From assembly GCA_038087875.1 (NCBI GenBank), contig JAXLNO010000305.1:1-64000 (forward strand): a DNA stretch of 64,000 nt, in the 5' to 3' direction. This DNA is from Malacoraja senta. Its lineage: Eukaryota. Of the stretch, positions 49,360-61,299 are shown piece after piece. The first letter of the stretch is position 1. Each line of letters starts with the position of its first letter. Below the pieces are notes generated by a model. That model was not told the DNA's origin, did no database searches, and saw nothing but the letters and a program-made list of their open reading frames with translations. The translations under genes were made by a program, and so were the position numbers.

Positions 49360-52300
49360 TTTAATAGTATACTAGACCAAGTGCAGACCCGTTGGGTCTG
49401 GTCCCCGAAAGTGCTTGACACCCCGGGGTGTTGTTCCCGAACGTGCTTCAGACCCCTGGGTGAAAATCGGGGGAAAAAAGATGGCGTCGTTTTCGGGAAA
49501 AATCGGAGAAAATCGGCGAAATAAAGATGGCGTCGTTTTCGGAGAAAATCGGGGAAAAAAAGATGGCGTCGTTTTCGGAGAAAATCGGAGACAATCGGAG
49601 AAAATCACATTGGGGTTGGGGGGGGGATGGATTTTATTAAAAAACGTGTACATAAACAGGACAGAATTTAATCAGGAGTGGCTATTCGTAAAGATAAATG
49701 TCATCTCTTTGGAAATGGAAAAAAATATGGGCCTTTCCGCGCGCCGTGTGGGCCAGGGGCGGTATCAAAGGCGGAACGGGTCAAGCAGAACGTTGGACGT
49801 ACAGCCGTACAGACGGACGACAGCCAGAGAGTTTTAAAAGTATACTAGACCAAGTGCAGACCCGTTGGGTCTGGACACCGAACGTGCGTTTGCGGGTGGG
49901 GGGGCTGTGACGTCACACTAACCACCCGTTGGGTCTGTACCTCCAAAGCAGGGTTGCGGGGTGTGAATCTGGCACCCACAAACACACACACTCATCACAC
50001 CCCTTGATATTATATTAATATTTTAATTTTCTTCTTTTATTCCATCTCCACCCTATCCACTGACGAATAGCCCTCACCTCTCAGGTACGTCTCGAGGGGG
50101 GGTGGTGCAGAGAGAGAAAATTTAATGTTAGAATTGTGAGGTGGGGGAGGAGGAGGGTTGAGAGGAAGGGGGGGTGAGGAAGGTGGGGAGAGAGGAGGGT
50201 GAGAGAGGAGAGGGGTGGAGAGAGGAAGAAGAGGATGGGGAGAGAGGTGAAGGGGGTGGGTTTGGAGCAGGCGTGCATGAGTTGAGTCGCGGGCTGTGAA
50301 GAGAGAAGGGCAGAGAGAGAGAGAGAGGGGAGAGACAGATAGACTGGTACACACAATAAAACTCGAGAAACACTGCGGGTGCAGCAGCATCTATGGAGTG
50401 AAGGAAATAGGCAATGCTTTTGGCGGAAACCCATCCTCAGACGGGTTTTCACGAAACGTTGTCTATTTCTTTTGATACATAGATGCTGCTGCACCCGCTG
50501 AGGTTATGAAGCATTTTTTTTGTGTACCTTTGATTTTCAAGCATCTGCAGTTCTGTCTTAAAGACAGAGAGACTGTTGGCGGGCTGTTTTCCCAACGCGC
50601 GTTTGCGGGAGGGGAGGGGGGCTGCGGCATCACACTAACACTAACCACCCCCCAAACACAGGCGGGGGGAGGGGTGGAGAGGAAGACGGGGTGGGGAGAG
50701 AAGAGGGGAGAGGGAGACGGGGGTGGGGAGAGAAGAGGAGAGGGGGAGGAGGAAAGGGGAGAAATTGGTGAGGGAGAAGAGAGCAGGGTGGGGGAAAAGG
50801 GAGGGGGAGGAGAGCGGGGAGGGCAGGAAGGGGGGAGAGGGGGGGGAGGGGATGTTAGAAGTGGAGAGAGGGGATGAGGGGAAGGGGAGAGGAGTAGGGG
50901 GAAGAGAGGGAGAGAAGGAGGGGGGAGGGATAGAGGTGGGGGAGGGAGAGTGGAAGAGTGGGGAGTGAGAGAGAAGGGAGGGGGGAGAGGGGTGGGGGAG
51001 GGGGTTGTGGAGGGAGATGGGGATGGGTTTGGGAGTTAAGTGGAAGAATGGGGAGGGAGATGGAGAGTGTAGGGGGAGTGGTGGAAGTGGGAGAGAGGGA
51101 GGGGGAGAGGTGTAGGGGGAGCGGTTGAAGAGGGATAGCGGGGTAGGGGGAAGGGGACGGGGTGAGAGAGGGAAGGGGGATGTGGGAGAGAGTAATGGGG
51201 GTGGGAGGAGGAGGGGGATGAGAGGGTGAGGGGTGAGGAGAAGGGGATGGAGAGGGGGAGGAGAGAGGGGTGGGTAAGGCGAGGAGAAGGGTAGAGAGGT
51301 GTGGGGAGGGTGGAGGGTGGCGACGGGGTTGGGAGAGAAGAGGGGGGGGAGGGGGGAGAGGGAGACGGGGTGGGGAGAGAAGAGGGGAGGGATGGGAGGG
51401 AGGAGAGAGGGGGAGGAGGAAAGGGGAGAGATTGGTGAGGGAGAAGAGAGCAGGGTGGGGGGAGAGGGACGGGGAGGGGAGTGGGGAGTGGGAGGAGAGC
51501 GGGGAGGGCAGGAGGGGGGGGAGGGGATGTTAGAGGTGGAGAGAGGGGAAGGGGAGAGGAGTAGGGGGAAGAGAGGGAGGGGGGGAGGGATAGAAGTGGG
51601 GGACGGAGAGGGGAAGAGTGGTGAGTATGGGGCAGAGGGGTAGCGGGGAGTGGTGCAAGAGAGAGGGGAAGGGGGGGAGATGGGGGTGAAGAGGGGTGGT
51701 GGAGGGGGAAGAGAGGGTGTGGGGAGGGGAGGGAGGGGGAGAGGAGAGAGGGGGAAGAGTGGGGAGGGAGAGTTGAAGTAGGAGGGGTAGGGACAGTCCA
51801 TCTGTTACCCATTCCCTATCACCCCCAATCCTCTTTCTCTATTGCCACACACGTGACACAGGCTGCAGGGGTGGGGGGGAGGGGCTGGGGCTGGGGCTGC
51901 TGCTGCAGGCATATGTAAACGGATTCATTTCGATTGGATATCTTTGAGCATTGGGCATTGTGACATCACAAAACGGAACCTTCATTAACATTCTATTGCT
52001 GAGAGCTGTTTTTTTAAACATTTTGAAATGTCCCCATTCCCTATCCCCCCCACACACGTGGCGACGCCTTTCGACACAGGCTGTGGGGGGTTGGGGGGGG
52101 AGGGGCTGGGGCTGGGGCTGCTGCCAAGGCATATCTAAATGAATCCATTCCCATTGGACATCTGTTAGCATCGGGCATTGTGACATCACACAACGGAATC
52201 TTTACTAACATTCTATGGTTGAGCTGTTTTTTTAATCATTTTGAAATGTTTGGGGGTGGGGGGGGGAGAAGTATTTTATTTTTAAAAGTGTACATAAAAA

Positions 52301-55300
52301 CGACCAAATTTAATCAGGGTTGTCTATTCGTAAAGATAAACGTAATCACAGGCTGTGGGGTTGGGGGGGAGGGGCTGGGGCTGGGGCTGCTGCCAAGGCA
52401 TATGTAAACGGATTCATTTCGATTTGTCACACGTGTCGCAGGGCGTCGCCACGTGTGGGGGGGATAGGGAATGGGGACATTTCAAAATGTTAAACAAACA
52501 GCTCTCAGCAATAGAATGTAAATGAAGGTTCCGTTTTGTGATGTCACAATGCCCAATGCTGCGGGGGTTGGGGGGGAGGGGCTGGGGCTGCTGCCAAGGC
52601 ATATGTAAATGGATCCATTCCGATTGGACATCTGTGACCATTGTGCATTGTGACATCACACAATGGAATCTTTACTAACATTCTATGGGCTGAGCTGTTT
52701 TTTTAAACATTTTGAAATGTTTGGTTTGGGGGGGGGAGAGGTATTTTATTTTAAAAAGCGTACGTAAACACGAACAAATTTAATCAGGATCGTCTATTCG
52801 TAAAGATAAACGTAACCTCTTTAGAAACGGTAAAAAATATCGGCGTTTCCGCGCGCCCGCGCGGGCGCGGGGCGGTATCAAAGGCGGGAAAGTCAAGCAG
52901 AACGTTGGACGTACAGACGTACAGACGGACGACAGCCAGAGAGTTTTATATAATAACTAGACCAAGTGCAGACCCGTTGGGTCTGGTCCCCGAAAGTGCT
53001 TGACACCCCTGGGTGTTTTTCCCGAACGTGCTTCAGACCCCTGGGTGAAAATCGGGGGGGAAAAGATGGCGTCGTTTTCGGGAAAAATCGGCGAAAAAAA
53101 GATGGCGTCGTTTTTTGAGAAATGGGAGAAAATCAAATTGGGGTTGGTGGGGGGATGGATGACACCCCGGGGTGTTGTTCCCGAACGTGCTTCAGACCCC
53201 TGGGTGAAAATCGGCGAAAAAAATATGGCGTCGTTTTTGGAAAAAATCGGGGGGAAAAAGATGGCGTCGTTTTCGGAGAAAATCGGAGACAATCGGAGAA
53301 AATCACATTGGGGTTGGGGGGGGGGATGGATTTTATTTTAAAAAACGTGTACATAAACAGGACAGAATTTAATCAGGAGTGGCTTTTTGTAAAGATAAAT
53401 GTAATCTCTTTGGAAATGGTCAAAAATATGGGCCTTTGTGGGCGTGGGGGCGGTGTCAAAGGCCGCGCGGCAAGCAGAACGTTGGACGTACAGCCGCACA
53501 GACGGACGACAGCCAGAGAGTTTTAAAAGTATACTAGACCAAGTGCAGACCCGTTGGGTCTGGACACCGAACGTGCGTTTGGGGCGGGGGGCTGTGACGT
53601 CACATTAACCACCCGTTGGGTCTGTACCTCCAAAGCAGGGTTGCGGGTGTGAATCTGGCACCCACCAAACACACACACTCATCACACCCCTTGATATTAT
53701 ATTAATATTTTAATTTTCTTCTTTTATTCCATCTCCACCCTATCCACTGACGAATAGCCCTCACCTCTCAGGTACGTCTCGAGGGGGGGGGGTGGTGCAG
53801 AGAGAGAGAGAGAGGGGAGAGACAGATAGACTGGTACACACAATAAAACTCGAGAAACATAGCAGCATCTATGGAGTGAAGGAAATAGGCAATGCTTTTG
53901 GCGGAAACCCATCCTCAGACGGGTTTTCACGAAACGTTGTCTATTTCTTTTGATACATAGATGCTGCTGCACCCGCTGAGGTTATGAAGCATTTTTTTGT
54001 GTACCTTTGATTTAAAGACAGAGAGACTGTTGGCGGGCTGTTTTCCCAACGCGTGTTTGCGGGAGGAGGGGGGGCTGCGGCATCACACTCACACTAACCA
54101 CCCCCCAAACACAGGCGGGGGGAGGGGTGGAGAGGAAGACGGGGTGGGGAGAGAAGAGGGGAGAGGGAGACGAGAGAAGAGGGGAGAGGGAGACGGGGTG
54201 GGGAGAGAAGAGGAGAGGGGGAGGGAGGGGAGAGGGGAGGAGGAAAGGGGAGAAATTGGTGAGGGAGAAGAGAGCAGGGCGGGGGAGAGGGAGGGGGAGG
54301 AGAGTGGTAGGAGAGCGGGGAGGGCAGGAAGGGGGGAGAGGGGATGTTAGAGGTGGAGAGAGGGGATGAGGGGAAGGGGAGAGTAGGGGGAAGAGAGGGA
54401 GAGAAGGAGCGGGGAGGGATAGAAGAGAGTGGAGTGGGAGAGAGGGAAGAGGGGTGGTGGAGGGAGATGGGGGATGGGTTTGGAGTTAAGTGAAGAATGG
54501 GTTGGGAGGGGAGATGGAGAGTGTAGGGGGAGTGGTGGAAGTGGGAGAGAGGGAGGGGGAGAGGTGTAGGGGGAGGGTTGAAGAGGGATAGCGGGGTAGG
54601 GGAAGGGGACAGGGTGAGAGAGGGAAGGGGGATGTGGGAGAGAGTAATGGGGGTGGGAGGAGGAGGGGGATGAGAGGAGAAGGGGATGGAGAGGGGGAGG
54701 AGAGAGGGGTGGGTAAGGCGAGGAGAAGGGTAGAGAGGTGTGGGGGAGGGTGGAGGGTGGCGACGGGGTTGGGAGAGAAGAGGGGAGGGGGGAGAGGGAG
54801 ACGGGGTGGGGAGAGAAGAGGGGAGGGAGTGGAGGGAGGAGAGAGGGGAGGAGGAAAGGGGAGAGATTGATGAGGGAGAAAAGAGCAGGGTGGGGGAGAG
54901 GGACGGGGAGGAGAGTGGGGAGTGGGGAGTGGGAGGAGAGCGGGGAGGGCAGGAAGGGGGGAGGAGGGGTGGGGATGTTAGAGGTGGAGAGAGGGGATGA
55001 GGGGAAGGGGTGAGGAGTAGGGGGAAGTGAGGAGAGAGGGAGGGGGAGGGAGAGGGGAAGAGTGGTGAGTGAGGGGCAGAGGGGTAGCGGGGAGTGGTGC
55101 AAGAGAGAGGGGAAGGGGGTGGGGGGAGATGGGGGTGAAGATGGGGGTGGGGGAGATGGGCGCGGGGCGGTATCAAAGGCGGGACGTCAAGCAGAACGTT
55201 GGACGTACAGACGTACAGACGGACGACAGCCAGAGAGTTTTAAAAGTATACTAGACCAAGTGCAGACCCGTTGGGTCTGGACACCGAACGTGCGTTTGGG

Positions 55301-58300
55301 GCGGGGGCTGTGACGTCACACTAACCACCCGTTGGGTCTGTACCTCCAAAGCAGGGTTGCGGGGTGTGAATCTGGCACCCACAAACACACACACTCATCA
55401 CACCCCTTGATATTATATTAATATTTTAATTTCTTCTTTTATTCCATCTCCACCCTATCCACTGACGAATAGCCCTCACCTCTCAGGTACGTCTCGAGGG
55501 GGGGGGTGGGTGCAGAGAGAGAAAATTTAATGTTAGGGTGGTGGAGGGGGAAGAGAGGGTGTGGGAGGGGAGGGAGGGGGAGAGGAGAGAGGGGGAAGAG
55601 TGGGGAGGGAGAGTTGAAGTAGGAGGGGTAGGGACAGTCCATCTGTTACCCATTCCCTATCACCCCCAATCCTCTCTCTATTGCCACACACGTGACGACG
55701 CCCTTCTGACACAGGCTGCGGGGGTGGGGGGAGGGGCTGGGGCTGGGGCTGCTGCCAAGGCATATGTAAACGGATTCATTCCGATTGGACATCTGTTAGC
55801 ATCGGGCATTGTGACATCACACAACGGAATCTTTACTAACATTCTATGGCTGAGCTGATTTTTTAATCATTTTGAAATGTTTGGGGGTGGGGGGGGGGGA
55901 GAAGTATTTTATTTTTAAAAGTGTACATAAAAACGACCAAATTTAATCAGGGTTGTCTATTCGTAAAGATAAACATAATCACAGGCTGTGGGGTTGGGGG
56001 GGAGGGGCTGGGGCTGGGGCTGCTGCCAAGGCATATGTAAACGGATTCATTTCGATTTGTCACACGTGTCGCAGGGCGTCGCCACGTGTGTGGGGGTGAT
56101 AGGGAATGGGGACATTTCAAAATGTTAAACAAACAGCTCTCGGCAATAGAATGTAAATGAAGGTTCCGTTTTGTGATGTCACAATGCCCAATGCTGCAGG
56201 GGTTGGGGGGAGGGGCTGGGGCTGCTGCCAAGGCATATGTAAATGGATCCATTCCGATTGGACATCTGTGACCATTGTGCATTGTGACATCACACAACGG
56301 AATCTTTACTAACATTCTATGGCTGAGCTGTTTTTTTAAACATTTTGAAATGTTTGGTTTGGGGGGGGGAGAGGTATTTTATTTTTAAAAAGCGTACGTA
56401 AACACGACCAAATTTAATCAGGATCGTCTATTCGTAAAGATAAACGTAACCTCTTTAGAAACGGTAAAAAATATCGGCGTTTCCGCATGCCGCCCGGGCG
56501 CGGGGCGTTATCAAAGGCGGGAAAGTCAAGCAGAACGTTGGACGTACAGACGTACAGCCGTACAGACGGACGACAGCCAGAGAGTTTTATATAATAACTA
56601 GACCAAGTGCAGACCCGTTGGGTCTGGTCCCCGAAAGTGCTTGACACCCCGGGGTGTTGTTTCCGAACGTGCTTCAGACCCCGGGGTGAAAATCTGCTGA
56701 AAAAAAGATGGCGTCGTTTTCTGAAAAAATCGGAGAAATCGGCGAAAAAAAGATGGCGTCGTTTTCGGAGAAAATCGGGGAAAAAACATGGCGTCGTTTT
56801 CGGAGAAAATCGGAGACAATCGGAGATGGGGGTGGGGGGGGGATGGATTCTATTAAAAAACGTGTACATAAACAGGACCGAATTTAATCAGGAGTGGCTA
56901 TTCGTAAAGATAAATGTCATCTCTTTGGAAATGGCGAAAAACGTGGGCCTTTCCGCGCGCCGTTTGGGCCAGGGGCGGTATCAAAGGCGGGACGTCAAGC
57001 AGAACGTTGGACGTACAGACGTACAGACGGACGACAGCCAGAGAGTTTTAAAAGTATACTAGACCAAGTGCAGACCCGTTGGGTCTGGACACCGAACGTG
57101 CGTTTGGGGCGGGGGGCTGTGACGTCACACTAACCACCCGTTGGGTCTGTACCTCCAAAGCAGGGTTGCGGGGTGTGAATCTGGCACCCACAACACACAC
57201 ACTCATCACACCCCTTGATATTATATTAATATTTTAATTTTCTTCTTTTATTCCATCTCCACCCTATCCACTGACGAATAGCCCTCACCTCTCAGGTACG
57301 TCTCGAGGGGGGGGGGTGGTGCAGAGAGAGAAAAATTTAATGTTAGAAAAAAAAATTGTGAGGTGGTAGAGGAGGAGGGTTGAGAGGAAGGGGGTGAGGA
57401 AGGTGGGAGAGAGGAGCGTGAGAGAGGAGAGGGGTGGGAGAGAGGAAGAAGAGGATGGGGAGAGAGGTGAAGGGGATGGGTTGGAGCAGGCGTGCATGAG
57501 TTGAGTCGCGGGCTGTGAAGAGAGAAGGGCAGAGAGAGAGAGAGAGGGGAGAGCCAGATAGACTGGTACACACAATAAAACTCGAGAAACACTGCGGGTG
57601 CAGCAGCATCTATGGAGTGAAGGAAATAGGCAATGCTTTTGGCGGAAACCCATCCTCAGACGGGTTTTCACGAAAGTTGTCTATTTCTTTTGATACATAG
57701 ATGCTGCTGCACCCGCTGAGGTTATGAGCATTTTTTTGTGTACCTTTGATTTTCAAGCATCTGCAGTTCTGTCTTAAAGACAGAGAGACTGTTGGCGGGC
57801 TGTTTTCCCAACGCGCGTTTGCGGGAGGGGGGGGCTGCGGCATCACACTCACACTAACCACCCCCCAAACACAGGCGGGGGGAGGGGTGGAGAGGAAGAC
57901 GGGATGGGGAGAGAAGAGGGCAGAGGGAGACGGGGTGGGGAGAGAAGAGGAGAGGGAGGGAGGGGAGAGGGGGTGAGGAAAGGGGAGAAATTGGTGAGGG
58001 AGAAGAGAGCAGGGTGGGGGAGAGGGAGGGGGAGGAGAGTGGTAGGAGAGCGGGAGGGCAGGAAGGGGGGAGAGGGGGGGAGGGGATGTTAGAGGTGGAG
58101 AGAGGGATGTGGGAAGGGGAGATGAGTAGGGGGAAGAGAGGGAGAGAAGGAGGGGGAGGGATAGAGGTGGGGAGGGAGAGTGGAAGAGTAGGGAGTGAGA
58201 GAGAAGGGAGGGGGGAGAGGGGTGGGGGAGGGGGTTGTGGAGGGAGATGGGGATGGGTTTGGGAGTTAAGTGGAAGAATGGGGAGGGAGATGGAGAGGTG

Positions 58301-60171
58301 TAGGGGGAGTGGTGGAAGTGGGAGAGAGGGAGGGGGAGAGGTGTAGGGGGAGTGGTTGAAGAGGGATAGCGGGGTAGGGGGAAGGGGACGGGGTGAGAGA
58401 GGGAAGGGGGATGTGGGAGAGAGTAATGGGGGTGGGAGGGAGGAGGGGGTGAGAGGGAGAGGGGTGAGGAGAAGGGGATGGAGAGGGGGAGGAGAGAGGG
58501 GTGGGTAAGGCGAGGAGAAGGGTAGAGAGGTGTGGGGGAGGGTGGAGGGTGGACGGGGTTGGGAGAGAAGAGGGGGGAGGGGGAGAGGGAGACGGGGTGG
58601 GGGAGAGAAGAGGGGAGGGAGGGGAGAGGGGGAGGAGGAAAGGGGAGAGATTGGTGAGGGAGAAGAGAGCAGGGTGGGGGGAGAGGGGACGGAGGAGAGT
58701 GGGGAGTGGGAGGAGAGCGGGGAGGGCGGGAGGGGGGGAGGGGATGTTAGAGGTGGAGAGAGGGGATGAGGGGAAGGGGAGAGGAGTAGGGGGAAGAGAG
58801 GGAGAGAGGGAGGGGGGAGGGAGAGGGGAAAGAGTGGTGAGTGAGGGGCAGAGGGGTAGCGGGGAGTGGTGCAAGAGAGAGGGGAAGGGGTAGGGGAAGA
58901 TGGGGGTGAAGAGGGGTGGTGGAGGGGGAAGAGAGGGTGTGGGAGGGGAGGGAGGGGGAGAGGAGAGAGGGGAAGAGTGGGGAGGGAGAGTTGAAGTAGG
59001 AGGGGTAGGGACAGTCCATCTGTTCCCATTCCCTATCACCCCCAATCCTCTTTCTCTATTGCCACACACGTGACACAGGCTGCGGGGGTGGGGGGGAGGG
59101 GCTGGGGCTGCTGCCAAGGCATATGTAAACGGATTCATTCCGATTGGACATCTTTGAGCATTGGGCATTGTGACATCACAAAAACGGAACCTTCATTAAC
59201 ATTCTATTGCTGAGAGCTGTTTTTTTAAACATTTTGAAATGTCCCCATTCCCTATCCCCCCCACACACGTGGCGACGCCCTTCGACACAGGTTGGGGGGG
59301 AGGGGCTGGGGCTGCTGCCAAGGCATATCTAAATGAATCCATTCCCATTGGACATCTGTTAGCATCAGGCATTGTGACATCACACAACGGAATCTTTACT
59401 AACATTCTATGGCTGAGCTGTTTTTTTAATCATTTTGAAATGTTTGGGGGTGGGGGGGGGGGAGAAGTATTTTATTTTTAAAAGTGTACATAAAATCGAC
59501 CAAATTTAATCAGGGTTGTCTATTCGTAAAGATAAACGTAATCACAGGCTGTGGGGTTGGGGGGGAGGGGCTGGGGCTGGGGCTGCTGCCAAGGCATATG
59601 TAAACGGATTCATTCCGATTTGTCACACGTGTCGCAGGGCGTCGCCACGTGTGGGGGGGATAGGGAATGGGGACATTTCAAAATGTTAAACAAACAGCTC
59701 TCAGCAATAGAATGTAAATGAAGGTTCCGTTTTGTGATGTCACAATGCCCAATGCTGCGGGGGTTTGGGGGGAGGGGCCGGGGCTTGGGTCACCGCAAAG
59801 GCATATGTAAATGGATCCATTCCGATTGGACATCTGTGACCATTGTGCATTGTGACATCACACAACGGAATCTTTACTAACATTCTACGGCTGAGCTGTT
59901 TTTTTTAAACATTTTGAAATGTTTGGTTTTGGGGGGGGTGGAGAGGTATTTTATTTTAAAAAGCGTACGTAAACACGACCAAATTTAATCAGGATCGTCT
60001 ATTCGTAAAGATAAACGTAACCTCTTTAGAAACGGTAAAAAATATCGGCGTTTCCGCGCGCCGCGCGGGCGCGGGGCGGTATCAAAGGCGGGACGTCAAG
60101 CAGAACGTTGGACGTACAGACGTACAGACGTACAGACGGACGACAGCCAGAGAGTTTTATATAATAATAGA
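48860..60171 (-). mobile_element. Head-to-tail array of non-autonomous Helitrons: unit 0 (48860-49371, 3' end lost), A 49372-49844, B 49845-52956, A 52957-53533, B' 53534-55250, B-deleted 55251-56597, A 56598-57058, B 57059-60171
   Basis: Seven minus-strand 3' ends CAGACCC-AAC-GGGTCTG hairpin + CACTTGGT-CTAG followed by T; outer 5' end A|TCTATTATTATATAAAACTCTC; no TSD; no RepHel ORF. Confidence 0.85.
50660..51790 (+). repeat. G/A-rich low-complexity tract in Helitron B (also about 54115-55160 and 57875-59000)
   Basis: Predominantly purine strand with many G-runs and internal duplication. Confidence 0.9.
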
Positions 60172-60596
60172 TAATAGATAGATAGATAGATGTGTGTGTG
60201 TGTGTATATATATATACACGTGTATGTATATATATATGTGTGTGTATATATAATATATATATACACACACACACACACGGGTCTTTTTGTTTATTATGGT
60301 ATTTACAGAATGTTATATTTACATATCTGTTATTCTGCTGCAAGTAAAAATTTCATTGTTCTGTTTTGGGACGTATGACAATAAAATGGTCTGGACTGTA
60401 GATGGACATGCAAATTGGGAAGACACCTGTCTCTTTAAAACTGAGTTATGATTTTTCTGCTTTTATTTCAGTTTTCTTTCTTCACTACATTCCACTAAAT
60501 AACTGAGACAAAACAGGACAATTCAGAATGATCCATTCATCGCTGAAAATGTTTTTTTGTCATTTCTTATTCTTGTTTCATTTGTTTAATTTTTAG

Positions 60597-60714
60597 GCTG
60601 AAGCCTCTGGACGTGGAGTTCATGAAGGCCATACACAATAAAGTGAATGTTGTTCCTGTCATTGCTAAGGCAGACACCCTTACACTGAAGGAAAGAGAGA
60701 GGCTCAAAAGAAAG
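60597..60714 (+). CDS. SEPTIN2: Septin-2 exon with G4 motif ([39 protein letters not shown])
   Basis: ttttag| acceptor, AAG|gtaggc donor, 118 nt, AKAD motif. Confidence 0.95.
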
Positions 60715-61299
60715 GTAGGCACAGTAATCGGTGTGAGGTTACATAAAAAAATAATTGATCATTGCTAAATGTAATGTTTTAAAGCTTTGTATTTGCAATG
60801 AAAACTTGGGTTACGGAACACAGATTCAAATGGATTGCTTCCTTCGAATTGCTGATCCATGTACCTCATGCTCCCATTTTTGCCCTGCCTTGGATGCTAT
60901 AAAGCTCATGAGATGTCACATGGCTGAATCTCTTGATTGACTGATCCTGAAGTTTTGTTTTTCTACAGTGCATGGTTTCCACTCGTTAACTAGTCGAGTG
61001 AATGACGGGGAGAAAAGTTGGGTGCTAATTGTATGCGGAATCTGACACATTTCCTGCCAAGCGTTGGTTCAGTGTCTTGTTTGCTGTAGAACTGCACTCT
61101 AACAACACTTTGTTGGATGAATTTCCTACTTTTCACTCTAATATTTCCATGAAAATTAACATGGTTTTATCTATTTTAACCTATCATGCACTTCAGATAA
61201 TTATCATGGTTTAACAGAACAAATTATAGGTTATTCAAAAGCATTACTGGGTGCATTTTTACTGAATTTTCATCAAAGCACTCTTTTGGCTGTGACATT

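Larger units (their letters stand above)
48505..60400 (+). mobile_element. Rex1/Babar LINE 3' fragment (48505-48860 and 60191-60400), split within its TA/TG microsatellite by the Helitron array
   Basis: YLKKAANITRDPSNTGH..ISLPAFGRRYRDLK...SFFPTTIGLLN on the left; microsatellite on both sides; tail aatttcattgttctg...tatgacaataaaa on the right. Confidence 0.72.

Noticed and set aside
49371..57090. Identical 31-bp palindromic repeat ACTAGACCAAGTGCAGACCCGTTGGGTCTGG recurring seven times, superficially CRISPR-like
   Set aside because: Spacing is 0.46-3.1 kb, intervening sequences are homologous to each other, there are no cas genes and the context is a vertebrate intron; it fits Helitron 3' termini.
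50641..59168. Long Pro/Ser/Leu-rich and Gly/Glu/Arg-rich ORFs (up to 391 aa)
   Set aside because: By-products of stop-poor G/A low-complexity DNA; frames are not conserved between repeat copies.
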